Positions 1-12,768 of a stretch of DNA of 64,000 bases are shown piece by piece. The position numbers and the translations under genes are program-made. The notes under the pieces were generated by a model that saw only the letters and a list, made by a program, of their open reading frames with translations, did no database searches and was not told the DNA's origin. The first letter of the stretch is position 1; each line of letters starts with the position of its first letter. The stretch comes from Lytechinus pictus (taxonomy: Eukaryota): NCBI RefSeq assembly GCF_037042905.1, contig NC_087245.1, forward strand, positions 34,846,001 through 34,910,000, given 5' to 3'.

Positions 1-576
1 CTGCCAAGCAATTAAACTATTTTTATCCATTTATTATATAGAAACCAGTTTCTTATTGATAAGTGTAGCATGTATTTGGACTTTTCAATAAACTCCTTTG
101 ACCCCCCCCCCCCCCCCCCGTCACTCGTAACTACCCCTAGAACTGCCAACTGCATAAGAAAAATCAAGGATAATATATTTGTAGTACAACTGCAAACATG
201 ATAATATAAGTCATAATAAAATTAACTCCTGGCAAGCAACTTTCCTCTTTATCTATAAAATGACTTTTCATTCAAATATCAAAGTCATTACTCAAAGTTG
301 GTTTTAGTTAAAAGCAACAATGATTACGATGACAATGTGAGTTTTTATATTTCATTCATTCAAAGTACATCATGCAGAATCGTCTTGAATAACAATGTTT
401 TGATATCCACTATAAAATCTCACAAAGTAAAACCGGCAACTGAACGGGCATAATCCCAACAAGTCTGAACTTTGGGTATATCAAGTTGCCAATTTTCCGT
501 TCCTGCATGAATAACATACAACAGAGTAAAATCTAGGCGTTCCATTATTAGTCAGTCATCCAGGTTGTAAATCTAT

Positions 577-837
577 GCCCTGTCTTACAAAGAGTTACAA
601 TCGATCCAATGTATCGTAACTCTATGGAAATCCATCAGTGTCATAATTTTCTCTACAGGATATTTGCACAATGTCCTTTGTAAACAAAGAGAAGCACAGT
701 AAATTTTCAAGAAAACAGTGCATGAATATGCATCATAGAAAGTATTTTGAACAAACATAATAGATCTTGAGGTTACTGGCCTTCCATAGTTGCGTTTGAT
801 CGGATCAATCGCAAATCTTTGTAAGACGGGGCCCAGG
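577..837. mobile_element. MITE (~270 bp) with GGGCCC-GTCTTACAAAGAG terminal inverted repeats
   Basis: Left gccctgtcttacaaagagttac, right gcaaatctttgtaagacggggccc; related copies at 25362-25643 and (partial, inverted) ~21975-22143. Confidence 0.75.
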
Positions 838-1013
838 TTTAGTTCCTGACTACGGAGTTGACCAGATTCACCCTCATCCTCCCTCCACTTCACTCTTTCT
901 TTACACCAAATTGATTGAATTTTGTGCATTATAAGACGAAGAACATCAACATTGGTGATGTACATATTTTTTTTCAATGAGACACAGTCACGATGCATTC
1001 AAGTCAAAATATA

Positions 1014-1845
1014 CAGTGTGTCCCATAAAAAAACATGAATCTGAAATTGATCGATTATTTTTCATAACTTAATCACACTACAATAGACAAATGACCTGTC
1101 ATTATAAAGCTTAGATTCTCCTCTTTCATCTGAAATAACTTCAGATTATTCCTCATGCATGCATGAGTGATCAAAAACAATTTGAAGAAAGGATACCTAA
1201 AAGTCACTCGGCGGGTGGTATCTGGGTTTAAATAAAAAATAACAAATTTCTAAAACTTCAATATCTGCTATCTGCTCTTTAATTTGCTACCTCAATTACA
1301 GAAAATGATCAAGAAATAACAAAGTTCTACTTATTTGAAATAAGGACCTGAATTTCAATAATTTCATGAAATTAAGAGGTTTTACAAACTTATTCGAAAC
1401 TCAACTAAAAAAAAAAAAAAAACTTATTTGAAACTCTGTTTTGCTGACGATCAGTCATGCATATTTGTTAACTGTGTGATAGCTTTGGTTGGAAACCGAT
1501 GGAAACACATTTATGGAAATACAAGCATTGTTTCGAAGGAACACCATTTTGTTATTTCTAAACCATTTTCTGTGAGTGATGAACCAAATTAAAGAGCAGA
1601 CATTGGACTTTTTAGGCATGCAATTTTCTACTTGAAATTCAGATTCCCCCCACCAAATGACTTTTTGGTATCCTTTTTTCAAATTGTTTTTTCTCACTCA
1701 TGCATGAAGAAATACTATATGTTACACCAGGTGAAAGAGAAGACTCTAAGCTTTACAATGATAGGTCATTTGTCTTATTTTATTTGCGATTAAGTTATGA
1801 TAATTCATCTCTAAATCTCGATTTTGATTTTTGTGGGATGCACTT
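1014..1845. mobile_element. Non-autonomous Tc1/mariner-like element with long imperfect TIRs
   Basis: TA|CAGTGTGTCCCATAAAA ... TTTTGTGGGATGCACTT|TA; inner arms atagacaaatgacctgtcattataaagcttaga / tctaagctttacaatgataggtcatttgtc. Confidence 0.65.
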
Positions 1846-2074
1846 TATATGCCCATACACCTGGGCACAACCCTCAAATAAAGTACTTAAACATATAACG
1901 CTACTTCCAATAAAGACATCTTTGAACACAAAACATGATGCCTTCATGGACAAGTATTCAAAGATCAATTATTTACTACTTATCCTGCTTTGCTAAGGAA
2001 TTTACATCAGTTGTATTACAGTTGAAGAATTAAGTGAGGCTTAAACTCTATAAAATTTTGTGAGAACCAAGAGC

Positions 2075-2221
2075 TTTTAACAGTGTAGTTCAATATATGA
2101 AAAAATTAACTTCTGGATTTCTTCATGATTTTGGCATCAGTTGTATTAAAGTTGAATACTTTTAACAGTGTAGTTCAATATATAAAAAAATTAACTTCTG
2201 GATTTCTTCATGATTTTGGCC
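2075..2221. repeat. Short tandem duplication (~86-bp period)
   Basis: ttttaacagtgtagttcaatatat.aaaaaattaacttctggatttcttcatgattttggc occurs twice. Confidence 0.8.
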
Positions 2222-3348
2222 AGTTGTGCTTCTTGAACCCTCTTCATGACAACAGTGGTGTATTGATAGATTTACCATTCATGAACAAAAAAGAGTGATT
2301 TTCCATAATTGAGTTGCAAGATCTTGTTACCACACAGACAAAAATTATTTGTCAGAGTTATACCTGCCATTCCATTGAATACATTGACAAGGAAAATTAA
2401 TTTTAAAAAAGATTGTGTGTGTGTTGTGTGTGCAGTCTCCAATATCATGTGCCTAACATAGTAAAATATTAATTGTAAAATGGTTCTTTAATTTCTGAAT
2501 ACTCATCTGGTAGTCTATGACATGACTGCAAGGAGTCCATCAAGCAATTATTGTTTGAGATGGCCAAGGGCAACTCTCAATGGTAGACAACTTTACTTGA
2601 TGACCCCCACCCTGACAAACCCCGTTATCCTTGGTTGAGTTCTCCTCCTCCCAGAACAGTGATGCAGGGAAAAAAATAACACGGGGGCTCGGGGCGATCT
2701 AGCCCCCGAAATGCTCACGAGCCCTGGAAACTTCATTCATTACAACATTAAACTATCCATTATTGCAGATTTAGGCAGAAAGTTGTGAAAAGTAACCCCA
2801 TTTCAAAGCCATGAATTTGCATAGTGTACACAGCAAAAGGGCCACATAACATCAATGTTATGTTGCCTGAAACAAAAAAATCTCAAATCTATCAGATTTC
2901 CTTCTAAATATTGAGTAACTGGCAATTCCGTAATAATGAGCAAATTTGGGAATTAAGTAATCTGTAAAAGTCGAATACAGCAATTTTATGAAAACTTCCA
3001 GCCGATCTAATTAAAAAAAAACTTTTCTGTATTCATTATATAGTGAAAACGATTCTAATATATCCCCTCTCTCATTCTAACTCTCTCTACTTTTTCAATC
3101 CACGGTCAATAAAGGCATGGCAAGTTGAGCACATTCGATGTGTGTTGCCCAAAATTTATAAACCTTTGTATTTGAGAAATAATTTCATGTGGTACTCTAC
3201 TGTAGATAAATCCTTACTTCAAATAATACTGACTAATGATATAAATGAGATAAACAATTTCCATATTTTCATTTCACGATTGTCTCCATTACCCAAAACG
3301 GCAGGGTATATTTGCATTGTAGCTCTATCCATCTATTGACATCAATGG

Positions 3349-3354
3349 TTTATT
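3349..3354 (-). promoter_or_regulatory. Candidate AATAAA polyadenylation signal of HACD
   Basis: First minus-strand AATAAA, about 80 nt after the stop codon; usage not demonstrable from sequence. Confidence 0.4.
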
Positions 3355-3434
3355 CATAGAATTCTAGCTCAAACTGCATCAGAAAATCAACGGAATTTAC
3401 AAATGTAGAAAACTACTAGAGTGTGAAGGTGGGG

Positions 3435-3514
3435 TTAATCTCTCTTGGTTCCCGGGACGCCGCCAAGCATTTTCTTCCTCTGCCTCAGCATGTGTGAATA
3501 CAGCCTTGGGAATA
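3435..3514 (-). CDS. HACD2: HACD last coding exon ([26 protein letters not shown])
   Basis: Acceptor ttttccgcAG; TAA at 3437-3435; conserved LY.HML.QRKK; Lys at -3 resembles an ER-retrieval tail. Confidence 0.92.
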
Positions 3515-6500
3515 CTGCGGAAAAATTTGGAAATGCAAGCAATAATCAAAATTCATGTATATATTTTCAATTGTATTTTGAATCACTGGACCCTATACGA
3601 GAATGTAGAATTCCTTAAGAAAATTTCCCTTGCCTATCAAATGGCTCAATTTCATCAGTTACTAAATGTAGATTAATAACAAAAACAGAGCCTTAGTTTG
3701 CATCCAGTGAAGAGATAAATTAGGCATTTCAAGATTCAAGTTAAAACAAAAGTGCCTTGACATGGATACGTCATGGACATGACCAAACAAATCGTTTTTT
3801 GCACACCAAGAGGTTACATGATGCTCCAAAACGAAAATTCACTGGAAATCGTAAGTGAAATAATCGGCGGCCATCTGGTCGCTATTTCACCTCCTGGTTC
3901 GTGCCCCTCCGTTATACTCCATCCAATTCACATATCTTATCTAAATATATAGAGTGCGCCATTGAATAGGCAACTAGATAAGGCCCCGAAAAATTGTTTA
4001 CTTGGCGTAACCCGCCCAGACTCTAAAAATATCGCAGACCCTATGCTTTTTTTTTTCCCGATATCGATTGCGTAAATATCGATATCGCAATGCGGTAAAA
4101 CCCTAGATGTTCTTTGCTTTCAAGATTTCAACAATTTCTGGCTCGTTCTGTGTCCATATATATCAGTGTGTGTATGTGGGGAGAACATATTGTGGTCTAT
4201 CCATCATCAGATCATCCCCAAGGAAGGTCTGAGGACCTATCTACGCCACTGTATGTATGTGTATAAATTGATACTTTCATGTATGCAAATCTAAGCGACA
4301 ACGACCCCTCAAAAAAAATCCGCCCTACCTACCCAAATTTTAATTGGCCTGGCTTAAGGTTAAAATTGTCAACATTTTTTTTTGGGGGGGGGGCCCTTAT
4401 CGGTGCCTCATATATATTATGTAATTTTCCATGACATTGTGCTATATTTTGTTGTTTGCATTCATCCAAACAACGGAAAGTTTCAGTATTACAACAAATG
4501 GACTTAGAACTAAAACCTATTACCTGTTAAATCTCTGGTCTAGAATTGTGGTTTATGGCCAGTTGTGACAGGTATCTCCAACTGTATATGTTCAATTTGT
4601 TAGCTCATTTGACACTTCAATCATTCATAACTGACCGGGAATGATTACTGAAGTTGTTCTCATTAAAACATGAGGAAAGGGCCAAGATTTTTTTTTTTTT
4701 GGGGGGGGGGCTTCTGACAATTTCAATGCAGAGTTAAACTCTAATATATCTAATCTAATAAAGTTAAAGCAGACTTCAGAATATGGGCCATAGTATTTTC
4801 ATAAATATATTGTTACAGTTAAAGGGGAATCCAACCCAAATAAAAACTTGTTTTTATAAGGAAAAGAAAAATCAGACAAGTTGATAGGTGAAAGTTTGAA
4901 CAATATTGGACAAACAACAAGAAAGTTATGAATTTTTAAAAGTTGTAAATATTGGTAATCACTATACCCATGGAGACTTCAAATTGGCCGCATATGGGAT
5001 GTCATAGTGATGTAAGGCAAGGACTACTCTTCCATGTACTCCAAAATGTCATTTTTCCTAAAAGTTTTATTTAAAATTATATTTTTCTTTCATGAGGACA
5101 TAAAACAATATACTACCTGGGTTATATTTAGATTACTGCCCCAGGGGAATGGGTGAGTACTTAGGAGAAAACCACAAATCACTGATAATAAAATACATGG
5201 CTTATGGGAAAGTTGTCCTTGCCCCTTGTCATAATTTACTTACCCAGTTGCCAATTTGAAATCTACATAGTATTAGTGATCTCAATTTTAAAGCAGCTAT
5301 AACTTTCTTATAGCTTGTCCGATTTCTTTCAAACTTTCACCATTCTGTTTAATCTATTTTTCTCCTTCCCAACACAACATTTTATGGCCAAGGCTGGATT
5401 CCCCTTTAAGGACATATTTGGTCAGTTTTAAGGAATACTAAGTCACCTTTCCCCAAATAGTTTAAAAGTTTACCAAAATTTGACAATGTATTTTGTGTTA
5501 ACAGTCAGTTGCATGTCGGCAAAACATTGACATTCATTCAACTTACTTGGAATATAGAGAATCATGAGGAAGATAAGGACGCTGTAGTAATCAAAGGAAA
5601 TGTTGTAGTCGTTTGGTAGCTCTAGAGAGTAGAGTCCTGTGCTCTTCACGTATGGTAATGCAAGGTAGATAGTCCACAGCTCACCCTGAACAAGATTCAA
5701 TTCAATTCAATTATTTCACTAGCCATGTCTTTGTTTACAAAAAGCATAAAGTCACCTCAAATTGTCTGTGCCGTGAAAACTTTATCCCGCCGCAACGTAA
5801 AATAATAAAATAAAATGTTATTGCTACTTATTTACCAAAATGCTGTTCTGTATTGCTTTAAACAACTAAGAACTTTGTAAGGTGGTATCCAAATGCCCAA
5901 ATGTCTAATCTAATGTTAATAAATTACATTATACAATTGTATGCGTTGCCTTCCTATCTTGTGTGGATATATGAAATATGTGTTATTTTTTATGTAATTT
6001 TTAATAAATAAATGAACTGAACAGACTTATTGTAACAAGTGGAATGCCTCTGGCCGTCTCACCTGCATCACGCGATTCAATATAGCAGCAGTGCTGATTT
6101 TGAAAACTACTATAACTCGCACAAGATGTTCAGTGATACTTGGTTACTCTTATTTCACGTGTTATGAACTAGACCAATACACTTTGAGATATGATGGCAA
6201 TTCAACAAATACCCCTAATGTGGCCAAAGTTCTTTGACCTTACATGACTTTTGACCTTGATCATGTGACCTGAAACTCGCACAGGATGTTCAGTGATACT
6301 TGATTAGTCTTATGTCCAAGTTTCAAGAGTCAGATCCATCAACTTTCAAAGTTATGATGGTAATTCAACAAATACCCCAATTTGGCCAAAGTTCATTGAC
6401 CTTTGACCTTGATCATGTGACCTAAAATGTGCACAGGATGTTGAGTGATACTTGATTACTCTTATGTCCAAGTTTTATGAACTAGACCAACACACTTTCA

Positions 6501-9500
6501 AATTTATGGCTGTAATTCAACAAATACCCCAATTTGGCCAAAGTTCATTGACCCTAAATGACCTTTGACCTTGATCATGTGACCTGAAACTTGCACAGGA
6601 TGTTCAGTAATACTTGATTACTATTATGTCTAAGTTTCATGAATCAGAACCATAAACTTTCAAAGTTATGATGGTAATTCAACAGATACCCCCAATTCGG
6701 CCAAAGTTCATTGACCCTAAATGACCTTTGACCTTGGTCATGTGACGTGAAACTCATGCAGGATGTTCAGTGATACTTGATTAACCTTATGTATAAGTTT
6801 CATGAACTAGGTCCATATATTTTCTAAGTTATGATGACATTTCAAAAACTTAACCTTAGGTTAAGATTTTGATGTTGATTCCCCCAACATGGTCTAAGTT
6901 CATTGACCCTAAATGACCTTTGACCTTGGTCATGTGACATGAAACTCAGGCAGGATGTTCAGTAATACTTGATTAACCTTATGACCAAGTTTCATGGACT
7001 AGGTCCATATACTTTCTAAGTTATGCTGTCATTTCAAAAACTTAACCTCAGGTTAAGATTTGGTGTTGACGCCGCCGCCGTCGCCGCCGCCGCCGCCGTC
7101 GGAAAAGCGGCGCCTATAGTCTCACTCTGCTATGCAGGTGAGACAAAAATTGAGGCCTCTTATGGCAAATTTACCCTTAGCTGATCAGCTTATAACATTC
7201 GATTCTGCCTTGCCATAATTAACATGTTTTGGGGCTATAGATCTAAAGATTTTTTTTTCAATGGAAAGAACATATACATTACAAGTTTTAACTTGAAGGA
7301 CATTACGATATATATAGTTTTTTTTTCTTTCATTTAGTAGCACCTTTCTTTAAGAAACTACATATTGGTACATTGATAGTTTGGAATTTTATTAGCTTGT
7401 GTTTACAAATATATGTTCAAGGCAGTTTTATTGAAGTAACATATTTCAAATCTAAATATACTTTTCAATCAAAACTAGATTCTGTTTCTTATGCGTACAA
7501 TCTATCGTTGCAACAATGAACACAAATTTTCTCCACTTCAAGTACTGTTTGACTGCATTTTAGTAATTATCATAAGTACATGTACATTCAAAGTTGTTTC
7601 ATATAAGTCCAAGTAGATACAAATAAATAAAGTATAGTGTGTATTGTGTATATATTCATTTCTAATAATACAATTAACTTCAGACAGTATTCAGCACAAT
7701 ACACTTACACATGTCTACATGTGTAGATGAGTTAAGGCCACCGCACACCTTACAACCCGACTAGTCTAAGACTGGCTTGCGACTGAGTGAATAGCGATGA
7801 ATCGCAAGGTAGTCATAAGCCTCAACACCGCACACCTTGCGATCCGACTACCATGCTGTCTGTGACTCACTTATGCACTTTTTGCTTTTTGCCATAGCAA
7901 CTGAGAAAATGGCGCTTACATGTACTACTGCGTACGCGCGTTGTAAATCACATACGTGTCGTGCAACTCTGCTGTCTGATTGGCTGGAAGTTAGATTGAG
8001 CTTGCGATCCAGTCATAAAGATTCAACATGTCAAATCCTTACGATTTTCCTAGCGACTTGTCTCTGACCGGTCTGCGACTCTCAAGCTGACAAGAGCTGT
8101 GACGTTGTATCATATCTCCCCTCACTCAGTCGCAAGCCAGTCGTAGACCTGCCGGGTCGTAATGTGTAATGTGGCCTTAATGAATTTAAAAAAGCATATG
8201 ATTACACTACATTATGATATACTCACTGTTACACCAATGGGGTAAAGGACAATGAAGAGGGTGTATCGTAGCCACATTAACACGTATGGTAGACGGTTGA
8301 GCAGGGCAAAGACATAGAATGCATAGCGTATCACTTCAGTAATGGTCCAAGCCATTACATACAGAATAATACTCTTCTCATTCTGAACCTGCAGAAGATT
8401 TTTTTTTTTTAAAGAAGGAATAAATACAGTTTAACAGAAAGTCCATCGCCTTTTGAGATTTACAAAATTTAAAGGTTATGAAAAGCAATGGTGACAGCTA
8501 GGGGATACTTTTGCTTTAAAGTGATCTAAATTGGTCTCATACTATCTATTATCAGGGATGCCTGTCAGTTCTTATTCACTAGATATTCAGGAAAAAACCT
8601 GAAAATTAATGTTTTCAGGGGTTCAAAACTAAATGTGTAGGACTTTGCTCCACTATGTGCGGTACAATGTAAAGCCTGAAAAGACTAAAATAGGAAGTTG
8701 TCAGAGCTTGGAATCAAGCAAACTCCTGAAGTTTAGCAAATATCCATACAATGATGCAACACATCATATCATATGATATTCCTATCATGGTACTTTACTT
8801 TTTTTTTAAAGAATCCTTAAAAATCAAGTCAGCCTTCACAACTCTCGGGTCATATCTGCAGGTAGCTCCCAACATAGAATGTACACTTGGATCAAATACT
8901 TAAATTCAGATGAAAGGAAATCTCATAAGAGGTGTGCTACAATTATCTTACCTCTATTACACTATGGGTGACAGGCCACAGAATGACCAGACGGGACGTC
9001 ACCTGAAATGCAGTTAGAACTGCCGAGGATGGCACAATTCCGATTAAGCAATGGACAACCTGCATTCAGTAGACAATCAAAAAACATATACTTAACAAGA
9101 GCGTCGCTAAGGCGAACACATAATATGCCCGCCTGTAACGCGGAATATGTAGTTATTGGCCAACCAAGAAAAGTGGAAGGTGGCGACTTCACTCTGACCT
9201 CAAAATCAAAAGAATTCCTGAGATCTATGCTAGTATCATACACATTAAAATATATGAGCCTAGGTTAAGCTAAACTGATGTTATCGCATTTACAAGGACC
9301 TTAGAAGGGTAAGATGAAAATGTGTGTTTTATTCATTTTTCTTTAATGTTCTTTTGATTCTTTTCTCTAAATTTTTTCTTATAAAATTTCTTATGTATTT
9401 GTTCTTTCTTGAACATTTCTTTTTTCTTTTGTTTAATTTCTCTTCTTTTTTAAAAATCATTTATGTTTGATTTGCCCTTTTATGCATTGCTCTAATTTTG

Positions 9501-12500
9501 CAGCATATTTTTCTGTGGTTTGATATGCTGCAACAGAGAAAACAAAAATAAATTTGATTTGGGGCCTGCATACTTTAGGTTTTGGGATTCAAAGAGGAAG
9601 AAAGGAAAATCATTTTGTATCTGAGTTTTGTTATGCATAATTTATTTACTTTACCATTATGAGTGTGTGTCTATAAGTAGATCAAAGAAAAAAGTCCACA
9701 CAACCTGGGAATAATACAATTCTTTCTCTTTCAATCCTTTCATATTTATGATAGAAGAATTTATATTTTACCACAAATCAATTTGCAAAAGTATAATAAC
9801 AGCAGCAAGGTTTACAAACAAGATGTACAAAGTGAAAGTAACTTGGTGGTCATGCCGGCTGCAAAATATCTTAGAAGTTTGTTTTATTCATTTTTAATGT
9901 TTTATTCATTTATTTTTTCGGGCCCCTAAACTTTAACATCGGCCACAACAAACTTTTATATGAAGGTGTAGGTGGCTGGAACGGGCCACCACCAAAAAGG
10001 GTAATGCGGAGCCTTGCATAACTTGCATTTGGGTATTGGGGGAGCTTGTTATGAGTAGACTTACCTCAAGAATGGCAGCTGTCTGAAAGGCCTTGAGGGG
10101 TAGTTCAATGGCATCATAGAGACCCACGTTGGTACCTTCTTGGAGATAGTAACGTACCCCCATTGCACCTACAGACAGCCATCTAATACAGACAAGGGAA
10201 AGACTTAGTCAAGCAGGTATCAAGGTATTTTGTTTTAAGCAGTCATGAGTATGGGGCAGAGGCCGCGGAACGGTTTTCAAAGTGGGGGGGCTGACCATGC
10301 AAAAAATCATATGGTCATTTTTACATTTTTGTACACGGTTTTGGAAAAAAGTGGGGGCTGAAGCCCCCCAGCCCTCCCCCCCCCCTGCTTCCGTGGCCCC
10401 TGTGGGGGGGGCAAGAAAAGCAAACAGTTCAACTTTTCCTAGGAAAACAAGTGGAAAGCCTCTGGCAGTCTTGCCTGCATTATGGAATTCAATAAAGCAG
10501 CAGTGCTGAATTTGAAAACAACTACACATTAAGTTGTTTAAAAAAAACCTTCTTATGATAATGAAATACGTTCATCGGCCCAAAATGACCTGTGACAATG
10601 ATTATGTGACCCAAGACTTATACAAGACAATAAGTGATACATGTACATAATTACCGATCCACGTTTCATGAACCAGATCAATAAACTTTCAAAGTTATGA
10701 TGACATTTTAACAAATACCCCCAACATAGTCAAAGTTAATTGACCCTTAATCATTTGCCCTGAAATTCGAACTGAACTGAACTGCTGTTTAGCCCCCATT
10801 TTTTTATTCACCCGCGGCGCATACCTACCACTTTAGTGGTCGAGTACCCCCCCCCCTTTTTCGGGGGGGGGGGGGAGGGGGTCCAGTGCGTGCCTCGATG
10901 TAAGGATCGATTCTGTGTCACAATAGACCTTCATCCATATAATTGAGGTAAGTGCCTAATTTATTTTTCCCCATTTATTTGGGGTGCTATAAGTAGGGTG
11001 TCTGGAGAAAAAAATTATTTTTCTTATTTCAAGAAAATATCACATTTTCTTTGTGAATTTGAAGAGAAATGACCTTCAGACTGACAGAAATGTAACATTT
11101 TTGAAAAAAATCCAATTATTGGCTGCAAAAAAGAAGAATGAAATTGGGTAAATTTTCAGCATTTCTCTGCCATAGACTGTGTAGTTAAGAAATGGACACA
11201 CACAAATCCAAATTTTTAGCTTCCAAGAGCTGTTATAAATTTTTTATTAATGCCAAAAACTTGTCCATAAAGAGTCCAATAGGATTTTTAATGCTCTATC
11301 TGATGGTATGATTTTTATAAAGATTTGGAAACCAGATCACAATGAAAAATTGCGACAAAGTGAAAAAAATTGTGCAAAACAGAAATTTCATTTTCCCATA
11401 GAAAACGCATGGAGAAATGGCAATTTCAACACACACAAAAATAAGGGTTTGCAATTTATCTCTAAATCCTTATTTAAAATGATCATATAAACTTGTCCTT
11501 ACTGTCAGAAGAAGCCCCTGAATTTTCTCTTTCCATACATGCCAAACACAAGTTAATAATCAATTCAGATCACATTTTTCTAGTAGCCTGAACTTCCCCG
11601 AAAAAATGTGGCATACTTTCCCCTAAATTAGCCTGTTTTATGCTGACACTTTTCAGTGTGGCTTCAGACACCCTACTATAAGTATTGCGACCCCATTCTA
11701 TCTACCCCATTTTGGGGAACACCCATACGGCCATGTCTGCCTAGTAATATTACATGGACGAGTCCTGGGGCCGATCGCACGAAAGGGTCTTTGCAAGAAC
11801 CGTCTTTCGTGTAGCCCATTTATTATGATGCACCATGACATGTGAAATGCATTTTAAATAATTGAATTATCTACAAACACATTTTATTCATCCGTTAAAC
11901 TAAAGTAAACAAAATCTTTGTTTAAATAATGATGGCAAAAAGAAGCTGCTGAAAACTGCTTATCTAATAAAAGAGAGCCAATGGAGTAAATTTGAAAGTC
12001 AAAAAGGGGCCTAAAAGTTAAGCTTTATTCGATCCTAGCAGAATCTTCGTCGGAGGCAAAATGATGTGATATAAACTGATAAAAACTGATACCGGTATAT
12101 CATTAAATTGTATACAAATTGATTAAAAATGCTAGCTAACAAATTTTATTTGTTTATCATACATTTCAGAAATATCCCGCATACAGCGCATCATAAAAGA
12201 TGGGTGACACAAAAGACGGTCCTTGGTCTTGGAAAGACCCTTTCGTGCAATCGGCCCCAGGCCCAGGGGTCCGACCCGCTTCGCGGGCCGGAGCTCCCTG
12301 GGTTAGCTAACACAACAGTAAGACAGCACACGATTTTGATGACAGCCCTAATCCGAGTTGACATGTTTTCCTTCTTTATATTACATATTCATTTAGCTGT
12401 TTAGAAAATAAATTTCATACATTTGATTTGGTACATTACCCTGCACAGAGGACTACATTGTACAAGACAAGATACGCCGTTGCTAGGCCAGAAACCTTGT

Positions 12501-12540
12501 TTTTCCCGGCTGATTTTAAAGTTGAGTTCTCGGCCGACAT
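3435..12540 (-). CDS. HACD2: Very-long-chain (3R)-3-hydroxyacyl-CoA dehydratase (HACD1/HACD2, PTPLA/PTPLB, yeast PHS1 family); complement(join(3435..3514,5547..5685,8227..8388,8952..9059,10065..10182,12440..12540)), 235 aa
   Basis: Six exons (101+118+108+162+139+80 = 708 nt) join in frame with GT..AG introns. The translation has family motifs [55 protein letters not shown] (catalytic Tyr/Glu) and [15 protein letters not shown]1 versus HACD2 cannot be resolved; it is probably a single co-ortholog. Confidence 0.93.
4819..5409. mobile_element. TTAA-flanked MITE (Kolobok-like)
   Basis: TTAA|AGGGGAATCCA ... TGGATTCCCCT|TTAA; purine-start termini with a TTAA target. Confidence 0.8.
5547..5685 (-). 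CDS. HACD2: HACD coding exon 5 ([46 protein letters not shown])
   Basis: Acceptor gttcAG; donor A|GTAAGT; 139 nt; contains the catalytic Glu. Confidence 0.93.
6034..7149 (+). mobile_element. Helentron-associated/Tsp-pearl-like non-autonomous element with internal ~150-190-bp tandem repeats
   Basis: Perfect 13-bp subterminal IR GTCTCACCTGCAT (6056-6068) / ATGCAGGTGAGAC (7132-7144); stem-loop 7119-7144; (GCC)n microsatellite ~7071-7100; 5-6 internal repeats; A-rich ends. Confidence 0.8.
7732..8180. mobile_element. MITE with ~55-bp imperfect TIRs (Harbinger- or Kolobok-like)
   Basis: TTAA-GGCCAC...gactggcttgcgactgagtga / tcactcagtcgcaagccagtc...GTGGCC-TTAA. Confidence 0.7.
8227..8388 (-). CDS. 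HACD2: HACD coding exon 4 ([54 protein letters not shown])
   Basis: Acceptor ctgcAG; donor ACA|GTGAGT; 162 nt; contains the catalytic Tyr. Confidence 0.94.
8952..9059 (-). CDS. HACD2: HACD coding exon 3 ([36 protein letters not shown])
   Basis: Acceptor tgcAG; donor GAG|GTAAGA; 108 nt. Confidence 0.93.
10065..10182 (-). CDS. HACD2: HACD coding exon 2 ([39 protein letters not shown])
   Basis: Acceptor tgtattAG; donor GAG|GTAAGT; 118 nt. Confidence 0.92.
10257..10402. mobile_element. Short (~146 bp) CAGGGGCC-ended MITE; inverted sister copy at ~17805-17950
   Basis: cagaggccgcggaa...ttccgtggcccctg termini; near-identical reverse-complement copy at 17805-17950. Confidence 0.7.
10446..10770 (+). 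mobile_element. Truncated copy of the 6034-7149 family
   Basis: Starts aacaagtggaaagcctctggcagtcttgcctgcat...gcagcagtgctga; one degenerate internal unit. Confidence 0.7.
10994..11675. mobile_element. Non-autonomous DNA transposon with an 11-bp TIR and a 7-bp flanking direct repeat
   Basis: CTATAAG|TAGGGTGTCTG ... CAGACACCCTA|CTATAAG. Confidence 0.75.
11764..12261. mobile_element. MITE with ~35-bp TIRs in HACD intron 1
   Basis: cctggggccgatcgcacgaaagggtctttgcaaga / tcttggaaagaccctttcgtgcaatcggccccagg. Confidence 0.75.
12440..12540 (-). CDS. HACD2: HACD coding exon 1 ([34 protein letters not shown])
   Basis: ATG at 12540-12538; donor GG|GTAATG at 12439; phase 2. Confidence 0.88.
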
Positions 12541-12768
12541 GCCTCTAACTGCTAGCTCTACGCTGGAACTGCTGGAAAATAAGGTAACCTCGGCCTAGCC
12601 TCGTATCGGCCTTGCCTCAGCTAGCTCCTACTGAATTTTTGATTAACATCTAACGCCAGCTACGGGCAAATTATACCGTACGGTACGGTCAAATATGTTG
12701 GCCCATGCAATTTGAAGGCCAAGACCAAGGCTTGAAAACCTCAAATGCCAAGGCATATCAATTTTACA

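Noticed and set aside
585..998. Longest ORF in the track (137 aa)
   Set aside because: Largely overlaps a MITE; no recognisable homology or splice support
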